Shown piece by piece: positions 10,749 through 21,552 of a stretch of DNA of 64,000 nucleotides. The translations under genes were made by a program, and so were the position numbers. The notes below the pieces were generated by a model. The model was not told the origin of the DNA and ran no database searches. It saw only the letters and a list, made by a program, of their open reading frames with translations. The stretch lies in the NCBI GenBank assembly GCA_965218585.1, contig CBDCLE010000001.1, positions 192,001 to 256,000 on the forward strand. Direction: 5' to 3'. Source of the DNA: Terriglobia bacterium. Lineage in GTDB: Bacteria; Acidobacteriota; Terriglobia; 20CM-2-55-15. Each line of letters opens with the position of its first letter. The first letter of the stretch is position 1.

Positions 10749-11075
10749 TCAGATCGAGAAAGAGTCTCCACACCCGCATGTATTCGTTGCGTTGGGATTC
10801 ATGAACACAAAGCCTTTTCCCATCAGACCGTCGTCAAAATCAAGCACTGTGTTGTTCAGATAAATGTAGCTCTTGAGATCGCAGAACAGCCTTACGTCTT
10901 CCCGCTGGAAAACCTTGTCGCCTTTGCGTACCTCGGATTCGAACCCCAGGTTGTAGGAAAGTCCGGAGCACCCGCCGCCTTTTACGCCGACGCGCAATCC
11001 GCCTGCTTCGATCCCTTCCTTGTCACGCAGTTTCTTGATCTCGTCGACCGCGCGGTCTGTGATTTCAATCGCCAT
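10749..11075 (-). CDS. iscA: A-type Fe-S carrier IscA (HesB family)
   Basis: GGGCSG and CGCGDSF motifs; start at MAIEITD. Confidence 0.93.
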   Translation of the reverse strand: MAIEITDRAVDEIKKLRDKEGIEAGGLRVGVKGGGCSGLSYNLGFESEVRKGDKVFQREDVRLFCDLKSYIYLNNTVLDFDDGLMGKGFVFMNPNATNTCGCGDSFSI

Positions 11076-11098
11076 GATGTTTGCTTGAGCGGGTCTCT

Positions 11099-11506
11099 TT
11101 ATTCGTTGGTCCCGTTGCTTTCTTCCGGATGCTTGACCTTCCAGTCCGAAATGGCCGCCTTGATCGCATCTTCTGCCAGTACCGAGCAATGGATCTTGAC
11201 GGGAGGAAGGCTGAGCTCTTTAACAATTTCGGTGTTCTTGATCGCGAGAGCTTCGTCCAGAGTCTTACCTTTGACCCACTCCGTCGCCAGGCTCGAGCTC
11301 GCGATGGCGCTGCCACAACCGAACGTCTTGAACTTCGCGTCCTCGATGACACCACTTTCTTCATCGACCTTGATCTGTAACTTCATCACATCCCCGCATT
11401 CGGGGGCGCCGACGAGCCCCGTGCCAACGTCTTCTTCTTCCTTCTTAAACGAACCGACGTTGCGTGGGTTGTTGTAGTGGTCGACAACCTTGTCTGAATA
11501 AGCCAT
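11099..11506 (-). CDS. iscU: Fe-S scaffold IscU
   Basis: NPRNVG, APECGDVM, FGCGSAIASSS, LPPVKIHC. Confidence 0.96.
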   Translation of the reverse strand: MAYSDKVVDHYNNPRNVGSFKKEEEDVGTGLVGAPECGDVMKLQIKVDEESGVIEDAKFKTFGCGSAIASSSLATEWVKGKTLDEALAIKNTEIVKELSLPPVKIHCSVLAEDAIKAAISDWKVKHPEESNGTNE

Positions 11507-11523
11507 CTCTGATCTCTCCTTCC

Positions 11524-12747
11524 CTATTCTGCTGTCCAGTTAACGGTGCTGAGGTCAATGCCTTCCTTGACCATTTCATAGAGCGGCGACAGTTCGCGCA
11601 ACCGGCGTACCGTCTCGGTTACCTTGTCGGCTGTATAGTCGACTTCCTCTTCGGTATTGAACCGTCCGATTCCGAATCGAATCGATGTGTGCGCCAGTTC
11701 CTCACCGACGCCCATGGCCTTGAGCACATAAGAGGGCTCAAGGCTTGCCGAAGTGCACGCGGATCCGGAGGAAACAGCGATATCGTCGAGTCCCATCAAC
11801 AACGATTCGCCTTCCACATAGGCGAAGCTGATGTTGAGATTCCCCGGTATACGCCGCTGGGGATCACCATTGATAAAGACTTCGTCCAGGCTCTCCTCGA
11901 GCCGGTTCCGCAGTCGTTCACGCAACCCGAAGATGCGAGCTGACTCCTCTTCCAGTTCTTCGAGTGCGAGTTCCGCAGCTTTGCCAAAACCTACGATGCC
12001 CGGTACGTTCAACGTTCCCGAGCGCATGCCGCGTTCGTGGCCGCCACCATCGATGATGGGGCTCAACAGAACACGGGGATTTCTGCGGCGCACGTAAATT
12101 GCGCCAACACCTTTCGGGCCATACATCTTGTGTGCGCTCAGCGACGCAATGTCGACGTTCATTTCGTTCACGTCGAACGGTATCTTTCCGACCGCCTGCA
12201 CAGCATCGGTATGGAAGAGGACGCCGTTTTCTCTGGCGATCCGCCCGATTTCGGCAATGTCCTGAATAACGCCCACCTCGTTGTTGACGGTCATGATCGA
12301 TATCAGAATGGTCTTGTCGGTAATGGCTTCCTTGAGCTCATTCAGGTCGATCAGGCCATCGGTTCCTACGGGCAGGTAGGTCACCTGGATGCCTTTCTTT
12401 TCCAGGTGCTTCGCGCTGTCGATCACGGCCTTGTGTTCCGTTACACACGTGATGATGTGGTCGCCCTTCTGGCTGTACATTTCAGCGACGCCCTTCAGGG
12501 CGAGGTTGTCCGATTCGGTCGCGCCACTGGTGAAGACGATTTCCTTATGGCTCGCGTTGATGAGTGCCGCTACCTGCCGCCTCGCTTTGTCGACAGCCTC
12601 CTCGGCCGCCCAGCCGAACTGGTGGTTCCGGCTGGCTGCGTTTCCAAAGTTCTTCCCGAAATAGGGCAGCATTGCCTCCAGGACTCGGGGATCGACCGGC
12701 GTCGTCGCCTGGTTGTCCATGTAAATGGGTTCGGTCAGAGTCGTCAT
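11524..12747 (-). CDS. iscS: Cysteine desulfurase IscS
   Basis: [27 protein letters not shown]. Confidence 0.96.
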   Translation of the reverse strand: MTTLTEPIYMDNQATTPVDPRVLEAMLPYFGKNFGNAASRNHQFGWAAEEAVDKARRQVAALINASHKEIVFTSGATESDNLALKGVAEMYSQKGDHIITCVTEHKAVIDSAKHLEKKGIQVTYLPVGTDGLIDLNELKEAITDKTILISIMTVNNEVGVIQDIAEIGRIARENGVLFHTDAVQAVGKIPFDVNEMNVDIASLSAHKMYGPKGVGAIYVRRRNPRVLLSPIIDGGGHERGMRSGTLNVPGIVGFGKAAELALEELEEESARIFGLRERLRNRLEESLDEVFINGDPQRRIPGNLNISFAYVEGESLLMGLDDIAVSSGSACTSASLEPSYVLKAMGVGEELAHTSIRFGIGRFNTEEEVDYTADKVTETVRRLRELSPLYEMVKEGIDLSTVNWTAE

Positions 12748-12758
12748 CCTCGCTTCTC

Positions 12759-13229
12759 CTAATCGCGACTTCCCAATTCCAGGGGTTTTGGAATTCTTAT
12801 CCCGCCTCTCTCAGCATTCATCTCCAGCAGTTCGGTCTCAGCCAGTTCGTGGATCGTCGTTTCCACCAAAACCTGCATCACTTTTTCCTTGATGCTGCGG
12901 AGGGGATCCCGAATAGAACACAACTGAAGTTGTTCGCAATCGTCGCCTACTTCGCAGGGAGTCATCGTGACCGGACCTTCCAGTGCCTCGATGACATCCA
13001 TGACGCTGATCAGCAGCGGTACCCGAGCCAGCGCATATCCACCGTTGGGACCGGAATGGGACTGGAGCAAACCCTTGCGAACCAGTCGCTGAAGAACCTT
13101 TGCCAGCAGTTCAGATGGGATGTTGTAGGTGCGGGCCAGTTCAGGGGCACTGTAGGCGTGTTCATCATGTAAAGCCAGGTGCTTCAGTGCGATCAGCCCG
13201 TAATCGGTTCGTTTGGATAGTCTGAACAT
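12759..13229 (-). CDS. iscR: Rrf2-family regulator, IscR-like
   Basis: Rrf2 wHTH ([10 protein letters not shown]) with three Cys (C-x5-C-x5-C); first gene of the isc operon. Confidence 0.8.
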   Translation of the reverse strand: MFRLSKRTDYGLIALKHLALHDEHAYSAPELARTYNIPSELLAKVLQRLVRKGLLQSHSGPNGGYALARVPLLISVMDVIEALEGPVTMTPCEVGDDCEQLQLCSIRDPLRSIKEKVMQVLVETTIHELAETELLEMNAERGGIRIPKPLELGSRD

Positions 13230-13303
13230 CGTATCTTGTGACGGTGCCCGTAAGTGCCTCTCTCCACACCGTATTCCAGATTATTCTAACCCCGACCGAA
13301 TCT

Positions 13304-13328
13304 ATCGCCGATCATTTTGGTCGGGTAT
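13304..13328 (-). promoter_or_regulatory. Candidate IscR/Rrf2 operator
   Basis: ATACCCGACCAAAATGATCGGCGAT matches the E. coli IscR type-1 consensus, as I recall it (ATASYYGACTRWWWYAGTCRRSTAT), at 21/25; lies upstream of iscR. Confidence 0.65.
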
Positions 13329-13449
13329 ATAAAAAGAGAATAAATCTTGGTCTTGATCTTCGTCAAGTCCAAATCGTGGAGAATGGCTCTTGAGGCTGCG
13401 GGAAGGGCATTCTAAATCGGACAAGTCGTTTAATAAAAGCGATATGCAG

Positions 13450-14118
13450 CTATTGTCCGACACCCAAAATACCGAAGATCTCTTCGAGAGTCCGGATCGA
13501 TTTCCCATCCCGGGGAGTGTCGGGCATCTGACGATCTACGAGAATGCTCTCGAGTCCTGCTCGCGCCGCGCCTTGAACATCCTGTCTCATGTCGTCTCCG
13601 ACAAAAAGAGCTTCCGCAGGCGCCACTCCCAACCTGTCGGTAGCGCTCAGAAAGATTCGCGTGTCCGGTTTGGCATAGCCGGAAGAGTCGGGCGTGACGA
13701 CGGCCTCGAAATAGGGGCGAATCCTCAGATCGTCCAGAACACCGTTCAGACGGGAATCAAAATTGGAAACCACGCCCATCCGGTATTGGCTCTGTTTTAG
13801 AGTTTCCAGCACGGGGACCGTTTCACGGTAACAATGCCACCCCTGTTCGGTCCTGAAGACCTCGTAGATTTCTTCGAAGAAGTCATCGAACCTGGGAAAC
13901 GGGCCGAGATTGGCAAACACTGATCCAACCAGGGACTTCCAGCCCGCTCTATCGATAGGTATTCCCCGAGCCTTCACCAGATGCAGGAATTCCTGGTCAA
14001 TCGCGTCGGGGTCGGAATGGAAACCGTAGTCGGCTGCGACGTTCCCGTAAATTTCTCCGATCGTTCCACGGGAATGGAACAGAGTGCCGACCGCGTCAAA
14101 AAGGACTGCCCGGATCAC
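13450..14118 (-). CDS. HAD-IA family hydrolase
   Basis: FDAVGTL, SNFD, KPD, GDD...D; GTG start overlaps the upstream stop. Confidence 0.9.
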   Translation of the reverse strand: MIRAVLFDAVGTLFHSRGTIGEIYGNVAADYGFHSDPDAIDQEFLHLVKARGIPIDRAGWKSLVGSVFANLGPFPRFDDFFEEIYEVFRTEQGWHCYRETVPVLETLKQSQYRMGVVSNFDSRLNGVLDDLRIRPYFEAVVTPDSSGYAKPDTRIFLSATDRLGVAPAEALFVGDDMRQDVQGAARAGLESILVDRQMPDTPRDGKSIRTLEEIFGILGVGQ

Positions 14119-15169
14119 AGCTCGACCCAACCGCCTACTTTCGATGAAGTGCGTGCTGCATCCAGTATGCGTTGACTGATCAGGCCGTCTTCGAAGTTCG
14201 GATGCGGCGAATCCTGCCGCTTCTCGATGGCGTCAACGAGCGAGTTGACGAGGGCGCGGAACGGGGGACGGAGAGAATGGCCGGACTCCTTCTGCAATTG
14301 GTATCGAGGTGGGATCGTGAGTTCTCCTACGGTCCGGGCACTGCGTTTCCCCCCCATGATCGAGAGGCCACGATAGTCGGGAATCACCAACTGGCCCTTG
14401 CTTCCGTAAATGCCGACCTGTGACATTTCGACACCCGCCACTGCGCTCATGTGCAGAGTGGCCTGCGCGCCTGTGGCGAACTCGATCACCATTACAAATG
14501 CGTCGTCACTGGTAACCCGTTCCCCGCTGCGTTCTCCTACGAAGGTAGACAGAGAGCACATTACCCGCCGCGGTTTTCCCATCCACAGTTGGACTGAATC
14601 TACAGAGTGCGAGCCCAGCGCTCCGAGCAGGCCCCCTCCCCGACGCCTGTCAGACCACCAGTTCCATCCGACGTCTCCGGAGTCGGACCGCCACCCGAAA
14701 TGGGACGACATTTCGGCCATTCGGATCTCGCCGACATAGTTCTGCCGCAGAAGATCCATGAGAAACGTACGCGCCGGAAGGTAGCGGAATTCAAAGTCCA
14801 CCATGGCCACGACACCGGCATCGGTTACCGCTTTGAGCATTTCCTCGGCTTCGGCCGTGTCCATGGCGAACGGTTTTCGCACAGGACGTGGATTCCCCTT
14901 TTCGCCGCATAAAGAACCATGCGGTGGTGGAGATGGGGTGGTGTGGTGATGCTGACCAGGTCCGGCTTCTCTGTGTCGAGCATCTCTTCGAAATCGGTGT
15001 ATGCGCCAGCCACGCCGTGTTCGGCTGCTACAGCGGTTGCCCGCTCGGGGCGGGCGCTGGAAAGAGCGACGACCTTTGTTCCCTTGTGAGACTGAAAGAC
15101 GGGTATCTGTACCGCACCGGCGAACGACGTTCCGGCAACGGCAACACGCAGCTTTCCAGATTCGGCCAC
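14115..15169 (-). pseudogene. Gfo/Idh/MocA oxidoreductase, frameshifted (or a sequencing error)
   Basis: ORFs 14825..15169 and 14115..14882 join as HVLCEKPFAMD if one A is added to the A4 run at 14874-14877; 351 aa restored. Confidence 0.85.
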
Positions 15170-15188
15170 GCTTCTATCTTATTAAGAA

Positions 15189-15274
15189 AAAAGTAGGGAC
15201 AGGTCACTCTTTTTGCATGGTGATTGGGAATGAACTCCTAGTTTTGGCAAAAGGAGTGACCTGTCCCTACTTTT
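15189..15274. repeat. Long inverted repeat, GGGACAG family
   Basis: Arms AAAAGTAGGGACAGGTCACTC(T/C)TTTTGC match 27/28. Confidence 0.85.
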
Positions 15275-15305
15275 ATCTCCTTCATGGTAAAATCTGCGGC
15301 TTCCA

Positions 15306-16613
15306 ATGGCCGAGATCAGTCCATTCAAGTCGCTTCACTATTCAAAAGACCGAGTACCCGTGGAGCGTGTCGTCACTCAACCCTACGACAAGATTTCTCC
15401 TGAAATGCAGTCCGAATACAGGGCACGGCATCCAAATAACCTCGTCCGTATCCTCCGTTCAGCAACGGAACCGGATCTCGATCCTGACGTCTCGCCCTAC
15501 AAAAGAGCTTCAGACACGCTCGAATCATGGCGTCAGGAAGGCATCATCGAGCAGGCCGAAGAACCCTCACTGTTTGCGTACTTCCAGCGTTTTCGGACTT
15601 CAGACGATGCCGAGGTCCGGACACGAAAAGGTTTTATCGGTTTGACACGTCTGGAGGATTACGCCAGCCAGGTTGTCTTTCCGCACGAGCGAACGCTGAC
15701 CGGACCCAAGCAGGACCGGCTTGAACTGTTGCGTCACACCGAGACACACTTCGGTCAGGTTTTCCTGCTCTATTCGGATCCTGCCGGAGTCGTCGATGCC
15801 GTCCTGGATGCAATCGCCTCCGACCCGCCTGAGGTGGAGGTTCGTGATGAGTACGATGTCGAGCACTTGCTGTGGCGCGTTTCGGATACCGAAGCAATCG
15901 GTGCCATTCAGGCAGCGATGGTGGACAAGCAACTCGTGATAGCGGACGGTCACCATAGATACGAGACGGCTCTGGCGTTCCGCGACGAGAAGAGAAGGGA
16001 AATGGGAGCCGGGAACGCCGGACCCTTCGAATGGTTGATGACCACACTGGTCAACATGGAGAGTCCCGGAATGACGATTCTTCCGACGCACCGCGTGGTC
16101 TCGAACCTGACTTCATACGAACCCGCCCGATTTATTGAACGCGCCCGGGAGTACTTCAAAGTTTCGGAAGTCAATGACGTTGGAGGGCTGGAAGCCCGTC
16201 TGGCTCAAGCAGTCACAGGCCGGCCGACTATCGGAATGGCTACGGCCGGAGAGAGCGGCTTTACGGTGCTTGAATTGCGGGACGGCATCGATTTTCAGAC
16301 TGTTCTGCCCGATGTGACACCCGCTCAGGCCGAACTCGACGTTGTGATCCTCCACTGGGTGGTTTTGGGAAAGTGCCTGGATATTTCAGAGGAAGACGTG
16401 CGTGGAGAGAGTTATCTGAAATACGTCCGTGGGTTGAGTGCCGCAGTGGCCCAAGTCGGTGAGGGCCGTGCGCAGGTGTGCTTCTTACTGAACCCGACGC
16501 GTATGGAACAGGTTCGGGACATTGCGCTAGCAGGAGATGTCATGCCGCAGAAATCCACCGATTTCTTCCCGAAACTCCTGTCCGGTTTAACGATGTATTC
16601 GATGGGGTCTTAG
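15306..16613 (+). CDS. DUF1015 family protein
   Basis: PYD, PHERT, IADGHHRYETA, MPQKST.F.PK..SGL. Confidence 0.92.
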   Translation: MAEISPFKSLHYSKDRVPVERVVTQPYDKISPEMQSEYRARHPNNLVRILRSATEPDLDPDVSPYKRASDTLESWRQEGIIEQAEEPSLFAYFQRFRTSDDAEVRTRKGFIGLTRLEDYASQVVFPHERTLTGPKQDRLELLRHTETHFGQVFLLYSDPAGVVDAVLDAIASDPPEVEVRDEYDVEHLLWRVSDTEAIGAIQAAMVDKQLVIADGHHRYETALAFRDEKRREMGAGNAGPFEWLMTTLVNMESPGMTILPTHRVVSNLTSYEPARFIERAREYFKVSEVNDVGGLEARLAQAVTGRPTIGMATAGESGFTVLELRDGIDFQTVLPDVTPAQAELDVVILHWVVLGKCLDISEEDVRGESYLKYVRGLSAAVAQVGEGRAQVCFLLNPTRMEQVRDIALAGDVMPQKSTDFFPKLLSGLTMYSMGS

Positions 16614-16620
16614 CGTTGGT

Positions 16621-17748
16621 TCACGGTTTGTTGATGTGCCGCGGATCGGAATCGTCGGTCCATCGTTTCTTGAACATCTCTCTGAGTCCTTCCACCATCC
16701 GATCCCGATGATCGTATAGCCTTCGAAGAGTCCGTGCTTGGTGGCCGTGCAGCGAATAGGCCGTCAGAAGCGGAACCGCGACGGTTGAATCGAGGTAGCA
16801 GACGACAGCGTCGGGAAGCCGGTCCGGATCCACCTTGCCCCAGCTGACGGCTTCGGCCGGTGTCGCTCCCGACAGGCCGCCCGTGTCGGGCCGGGCGTCG
16901 GTAAACTGAAGATAGTAATCGTGGCCCTTTTCTTCCAGCCCCAGCACTTCCTGGATCTGAGGCTCGGTTTGCAGGACGAAATTTTTGGGCGATCCGCCGC
17001 CGATCAGGAGGGTGCCGCTCTTCAGGTTCTTCTGTTTTGCATCGTAGACGATTGCGGCGGTTTCGTTGACGTCGGCGTTCACGTCGATCTGGCATTTGGA
17101 TCCAACCAAGGCGTTGGCTGCAACGTTCATCCCGATCGAACTGTCTCCCGGAGAGGATGTATATATCGGAATGCCGCACTCGTGAGCCGTCGCTACCAGA
17201 GACTTGTCCTTGATGCCGAGGACGCGCTCGCGTTCCAGGACATAACCGCCGAGTTTGTAGTGAAACTCGGCTGAACTCATAGTGGTCTGGAATTCGGGCT
17301 CACCGACGACCTTTTTGATGAAATTGTCGGTTTCCACCAGGACGTCGTACTCGAACAGGATGTCGTAGATGCGCACGACGCCTTCGTCCCTGAGCTCACG
17401 GTCATCGAGGTTGGGAGAGCCGCGATGCATTTCCAGTCCAATTCCGAAGTGGATGTCGTGATACAGGTTGGCTCCGGTCGAGACCATCCAGTCGATAAAG
17501 CCCGCCCGCATCAGAGGAACGATGGCGGCCATTCCCAATCCCGCGGGTGTCATTGCCCCCGACAGGCTGACACCGACGACGACGTCTTCGGCGAGCATCC
17601 GTTGGGTGAACAGATGACAAGCTTCGCGGAAGCGAGCGGCGTTGTAAGCGTTGAATGTTTGATCGATAAGGTCGACCAGTGAGGTGTCGGGTCCAATGGG
17701 CGGAGGATCGATGTTCTTGCCCTTCAGGAAGTGTTTGTCATGGGCCAT
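16621..17748 (-). CDS. Deoxyhypusine synthase family protein (probably homospermidine synthase)
   Basis: [33 protein letters not shown]; start at MAHDK. Confidence 0.88.
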   Translation of the reverse strand: MAHDKHFLKGKNIDPPPIGPDTSLVDLIDQTFNAYNAARFREACHLFTQRMLAEDVVVGVSLSGAMTPAGLGMAAIVPLMRAGFIDWMVSTGANLYHDIHFGIGLEMHRGSPNLDDRELRDEGVVRIYDILFEYDVLVETDNFIKKVVGEPEFQTTMSSAEFHYKLGGYVLERERVLGIKDKSLVATAHECGIPIYTSSPGDSSIGMNVAANALVGSKCQIDVNADVNETAAIVYDAKQKNLKSGTLLIGGGSPKNFVLQTEPQIQEVLGLEEKGHDYYLQFTDARPDTGGLSGATPAEAVSWGKVDPDRLPDAVVCYLDSTVAVPLLTAYSLHGHQARTLRRLYDHRDRMVEGLREMFKKRWTDDSDPRHINKP

Positions 17749-17764
17749 TGGCAGGGGTCTAATG

Positions 17765-18238
17765 CTAGTACTCGAAACCGTTCTTTCGGATTCGAACCAT
17801 GGGTTCGCCGTCGTCGAGCCGACCACCGTTTGTCACTTCTCCCACGAAAACGATATGGTCTCCGGCTTCGTTTTTTTGTTTGAACTTGCACTCGAGGAAG
17901 CCGATGGCATCTGCTGGCACGGGAATTCCCGTATCGAAGGTGCGGGTTCCGAGTCCTTCAAAGGGGTCTTCGCCCTCTGGAACCCCTTTCCAGAACTTGT
18001 TGAGCGAATCTTTGCTGTCGGGGCCCATGATGGCGAGCACAAACGTCCCTGAGTTTTTGATCATCGACCGAATGGGTCGCCCCCCGGCGACGGCAACGAC
18101 GATAGTCGGCGGATCGAAGCGCGCCTGCTGGACGAATGACGCTAGCATGGCCGACTTTTGATCCCCTTCCGCAGCCGCAAGGACGAAAACGCCGCTGGGA
18201 ATTAGACCGAGGCCTTGACTGACACCCTCACGATTCAT
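17765..18238 (-). CDS. Flavin reductase family protein
   Basis: ASFVQQA.FDPP, AGDH.VFVGEV. Confidence 0.9.
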   Translation of the reverse strand: MNREGVSQGLGLIPSGVFVLAAAEGDQKSAMLASFVQQARFDPPTIVVAVAGGRPIRSMIKNSGTFVLAIMGPDSKDSLNKFWKGVPEGEDPFEGLGTRTFDTGIPVPADAIGFLECKFKQKNEAGDHIVFVGEVTNGGRLDDGEPMVRIRKNGFEY

Positions 18239-18336
18239 CGATAATCTCCTCAGGTGATGGGGAAAAAGGGGTATTCTGACGGACTTCGGAGATGTTTTCA
18301 ATAAAGCGGTGGGAGCCGGACCCTGCAGGTACGAGA

Positions 18337-19545
18337 ATGAATGAAAAGTTAGTCGAAAGTCTGCAGCAAGCTCTTCGGGCCGAAGGGCTGGATGGTTGGC
18401 TTTTCTATTGTTTTCGGGGAAGCGACCCGATCGCAGAGAACATCCTCAAGCTGGATCGTTCCCAGATTACCACCCGGCGCTGGGCGTACTTCGTGCCCAC
18501 GGCGGGAGAACCGCAGAAGATTCTTCACATCATCGAGCCCCATGTTCTGGACACTCTGCCGGGAGCAGAACGCAACTATTTGGCATGGCAACAGCTCCAC
18601 GAGCACCTCAGAGAGGCCCTATTGTCGAGTGCACCGGTATCGGGTGCGCCGCGTGTGGCGATGCAGTACTCCCCTCTGAATGCCATTCCATACGTGTCCC
18701 GGGTAGACGCCGGCACGGTGGAACTGGTCCGCAGTTTCGGAGTTGAGGTTGTCTCTTCGGCAGATCTGGTTCAGGTCTTCGAGGCCGTCTGGACTGACGT
18801 CCAGTTGGAGACTCACTTGTTTGCCGTCAACCATCTCCGCGAAATCGTCGATGTTGCGTTCAACGAAACGGCGCGGCGAATGAGAGACGGCATTACGACC
18901 AATGAGTTCGATATTCAGGAGTTCATCTGGGATCAATATGCCCAGCGGGGATTGGTATCTTCAGATCGGCCCATCGTCGCGATCAACGCCCACAGCGCCG
19001 ATCCTCACTACCTGCCTGATGCCGAACACTCTGCACCTGTTCGGAAAGGCGATTTCATGCTCCTCGACATCTGGGCGAAGCAGGGGGACACCGGTGCCGT
19101 CTACGGGGACATTACCTGGACCGGCTATGTCGGTGAATCCGTTCCGGACAGACACGAAAAGATATTTCAAGTGGTGCGCCAGGGCCGGGATGCGGCTATA
19201 GAGCTGGTTCGAAATCGTCACGGGAAAGGTACCCTGCATGGCTGGGAAGTCGACGACGCGGCTCGAAGCTCGATTGCCAGCGCCGGCTACGGCGATTACT
19301 TCATTCATCGTACCGGCCATTCCATCCACGAAGAAGACCACGGCAACGGCGCCAACATCGATAATCTGGAAACCGAGGACAGCCGGAAACTCATGGCAGG
19401 CACCTGCTTTTCGATCGAACCCGGCGTGTATCTGAAAGGCGATTTCGGTGTCCGTAGCGAGGTGGATGTCTATTTGTCCCACGACGCTCCGGTGGTGACC
19501 GGCACGCCGATTCAGGAGAACGTCATACCCATCCTTGGCCGTTGA
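18337..19545 (+). CDS. Xaa-Pro peptidase, M24 family
   Basis: LLD, GDIT, HRTGH, FSIEPGVY, GVRSE. Confidence 0.92.
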   Translation: MNEKLVESLQQALRAEGLDGWLFYCFRGSDPIAENILKLDRSQITTRRWAYFVPTAGEPQKILHIIEPHVLDTLPGAERNYLAWQQLHEHLREALLSSAPVSGAPRVAMQYSPLNAIPYVSRVDAGTVELVRSFGVEVVSSADLVQVFEAVWTDVQLETHLFAVNHLREIVDVAFNETARRMRDGITTNEFDIQEFIWDQYAQRGLVSSDRPIVAINAHSADPHYLPDAEHSAPVRKGDFMLLDIWAKQGDTGAVYGDITWTGYVGESVPDRHEKIFQVVRQGRDAAIELVRNRHGKGTLHGWEVDDAARSSIASAGYGDYFIHRTGHSIHEEDHGNGANIDNLETEDSRKLMAGTCFSIEPGVYLKGDFGVRSEVDVYLSHDAPVVTGTPIQENVIPILGR

Positions 19546-19680
19546 ATCCTGACCACTTAAGGCCCTTTTTGTGAATACCTTATCGTCTTTCGTAGGACCT
19601 GATCCGTCCTATGTGTAGGATAATCATATGAGTCAAGAATTGGGTGTAGCGTCACGTACAATCGTTTTCGAGGAGGCCTA

Positions 19681-20385
19681 ATGCGATATCTTGCGACCGC
19701 CGCCTGTATAACACTGGTGATGGTCCTGCCTGCCAGCGCGCAGTTGGACGAGAAGGTTGCTGATCGTTTCTGGGAGTCGACGAAGATTCTGGAGGCGATT
19801 GTCAGTGCTCCGGATGGGGGTATTCCTCAAGACCTGTTGCGGCGATCTGAGTGTGTCGGAGTGATTCCGGCTGTGAAGCGTGCGGCTTTCGGATTTGGAG
19901 GCCGTTACGGCCGAGGGCTCGTTGTGTGTCGAACCGAGGGCGGTACCGGGCCGTGGGGGTCCCCGTCGATGCTGTCGGTGAGCGGAGGCAGCTTCGGATT
20001 CCAGATCGGGGGCCAGTCGACCGACGTTCTGATGTTGTTTGTGACGCCTGACAGCATTGATCATCTTCTCAGGGATCAGATAACGTTGGGAGCCGACGTG
20101 TCCGTCGCTGCCGGACCCAAGGGCCGTGCGGTTTCCGCCGAAACCAGCGCGACGTTTAGAGCGGAGATACTGACGTATGCCCGGAGTCGCGGTCTGTTCG
20201 CCGGTATTTCGCTCGAAGGCGCGGTCTTGAGGCCGGACAACGATGCGAACGAAAGCCTTTATGGCAGTAAAGTAGATCCCCGCGAACTCCTCATAGACGG
20301 CAACCTGTCGATTCCTGATCCTGCCCAGACGTTCATAGATACGTTGGCCGCGCTGGCGGCGCGTGAAGAACCCGCCAGCGAGTAA
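19681..20385 (+). CDS. Lipid-binding SYLF (Ysc84) domain protein
   Basis: Signal peptide; GG.YGRG, GFQIGGQSTD, AAGPKGR, SRGLFAGISLEG. Confidence 0.92.
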   Translation: MRYLATAACITLVMVLPASAQLDEKVADRFWESTKILEAIVSAPDGGIPQDLLRRSECVGVIPAVKRAAFGFGGRYGRGLVVCRTEGGTGPWGSPSMLSVSGGSFGFQIGGQSTDVLMLFVTPDSIDHLLRDQITLGADVSVAAGPKGRAVSAETSATFRAEILTYARSRGLFAGISLEGAVLRPDNDANESLYGSKVDPRELLIDGNLSIPDPAQTFIDTLAALAAREEPASE

Positions 20386-20403
20386 CATCTCTCGCGACCT
20401 CCG

Positions 20404-20435
20404 GGGACGGCAGGCACGACCTGCCGTCCCTTTTT
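20404..20435 (+). terminator. Intrinsic terminator
   Basis: GGGACGGCAGG-cacga-CCTGCCGTCCC-TTTTT. Confidence 0.75.
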
Positions 20436-20481
20436 CTGCCATAATCGAAGAACGATGTTGCCGGTTGGAAAGCCGGTTTCC

Positions 20482-21459
20482 ATGGAGCACCTGAGGGTGG
20501 AGATGAACAACACACTCTACGACGAACTGGAGAGGGGCGCCCTTCTCTTCCAGCGAAACACGGGTCTGGTGGAAGTGAGGGGACCCGACCGCGTCAGTTG
20601 GCTCCAAGGGATGGTCTCCAACGATGTCGCGCGTCCGGGGAGCGGACAGGGTTGTTACGCCGCACACCTGAGTCCACAGGGAAAGGTCTTGTCGCAGATG
20701 GTGGTCCTGGCGAGAGAAGAAACGCTGTGGCTCGAGTTGGAGACCGACGATGTCGGCAGGGGTGTCGAGGAGTTGAACAAGCTGTTGATCATGGAAGATG
20801 CAGAAATCCTCGATCGATCGTCTCAATTCACGATTCTTTCCATGGTTGGAAACGGTGCACGCTCCCTCCTGGAAGACTTTGCCGATCAGAGTCTCGAACT
20901 TGGATCCCCGTACGCGCACCTCACGATGGGTTCGGTGGTCGTGGTTCGCGCCGAGTTGGGTTATGACCTGATCGTTCCCGCCCCCGAGGTGGGCGGACTC
21001 CGCAACACGTTCGTAGAGTCCGGGGCCGGGATCGCAGACAAGGATTTGTGGGACTGTATCCGGATCGAAGCCGGACTCGCTGCCTATGGCGCCGACGTTG
21101 ATGCCAGGACGACTTTACCCGAGTTGGGGGAGAAGGGGATCGATTACGAAAAGGGCTGCTACATCGGTCAGGAAGTTGTCGCCAAGATCAAATACATTGG
21201 GCACGTAAACCGCCGTCTCATCGGTTTGAAGTTTGAAGGAGAGAAGATCCCCGCCCCCGACGCGAAGGTTAGTAGCCAAGGCCGCGATTCGGGACGGATT
21301 ACCAGCAGTGTGTATTCGCCCCGGCTGCGGTCGGCGATCGCGCTGGGATATATCAGGCTCGGCGTGGACAAGCCGGGAACCGTTGTCGAAGTCGGTATTG
21401 AAGGAGACTCTCAGAAAGCAATCGTCACCGAACTCCCTTTCCTTTCTCACCAGTATTGA
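20482..21459 (+). CDS. ygfZ: Folate-binding YgfZ/GcvT family protein (start uncertain)
   Basis: KGCYIGQE signature; GPDRVSWLQGMVSND. Confidence 0.85.
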   Translation: MEHLRVEMNNTLYDELERGALLFQRNTGLVEVRGPDRVSWLQGMVSNDVARPGSGQGCYAAHLSPQGKVLSQMVVLAREETLWLELETDDVGRGVEELNKLLIMEDAEILDRSSQFTILSMVGNGARSLLEDFADQSLELGSPYAHLTMGSVVVVRAELGYDLIVPAPEVGGLRNTFVESGAGIADKDLWDCIRIEAGLAAYGADVDARTTLPELGEKGIDYEKGCYIGQEVVAKIKYIGHVNRRLIGLKFEGEKIPAPDAKVSSQGRDSGRITSSVYSPRLRSAIALGYIRLGVDKPGTVVEVGIEGDSQKAIVTELPFLSHQY

Positions 21460-21480
21460 TTAGTGCCGCAAACTCTTTCT

Positions 21481-21550
21481 GTAGGTGCGCTCTATGAGCG
21501 CACGAAACATAAGGAATCGTTTGCGCTGTGCGGTCATAGACCGCACCTAC
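21481..21550. repeat. GTAG-type REP doublet (REPIN-like), copy 1
   Basis: GTAGGTGCGCTCTATGAGCGCAC ... GTGCGGTCATAGACCGCACCTAC between convergent genes. Confidence 0.88.
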
Positions 21551-21552
21551 AG

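Noticed and set aside
14870-14882. Programmed -1 frameshifting in the split genes
   Set aside because: No canonical slippery heptamer at any of the three sites, and this break falls within the conserved CEKP motif
19678-20919. Long antisense and alternate-frame ORFs (e.g. 19678-20919, 32590-33753, 10629-11477, 43604-44443, 57327-58139)
   Set aside because: Shadow ORFs over well-supported genes in GC-rich DNA, with no recognisable motifs
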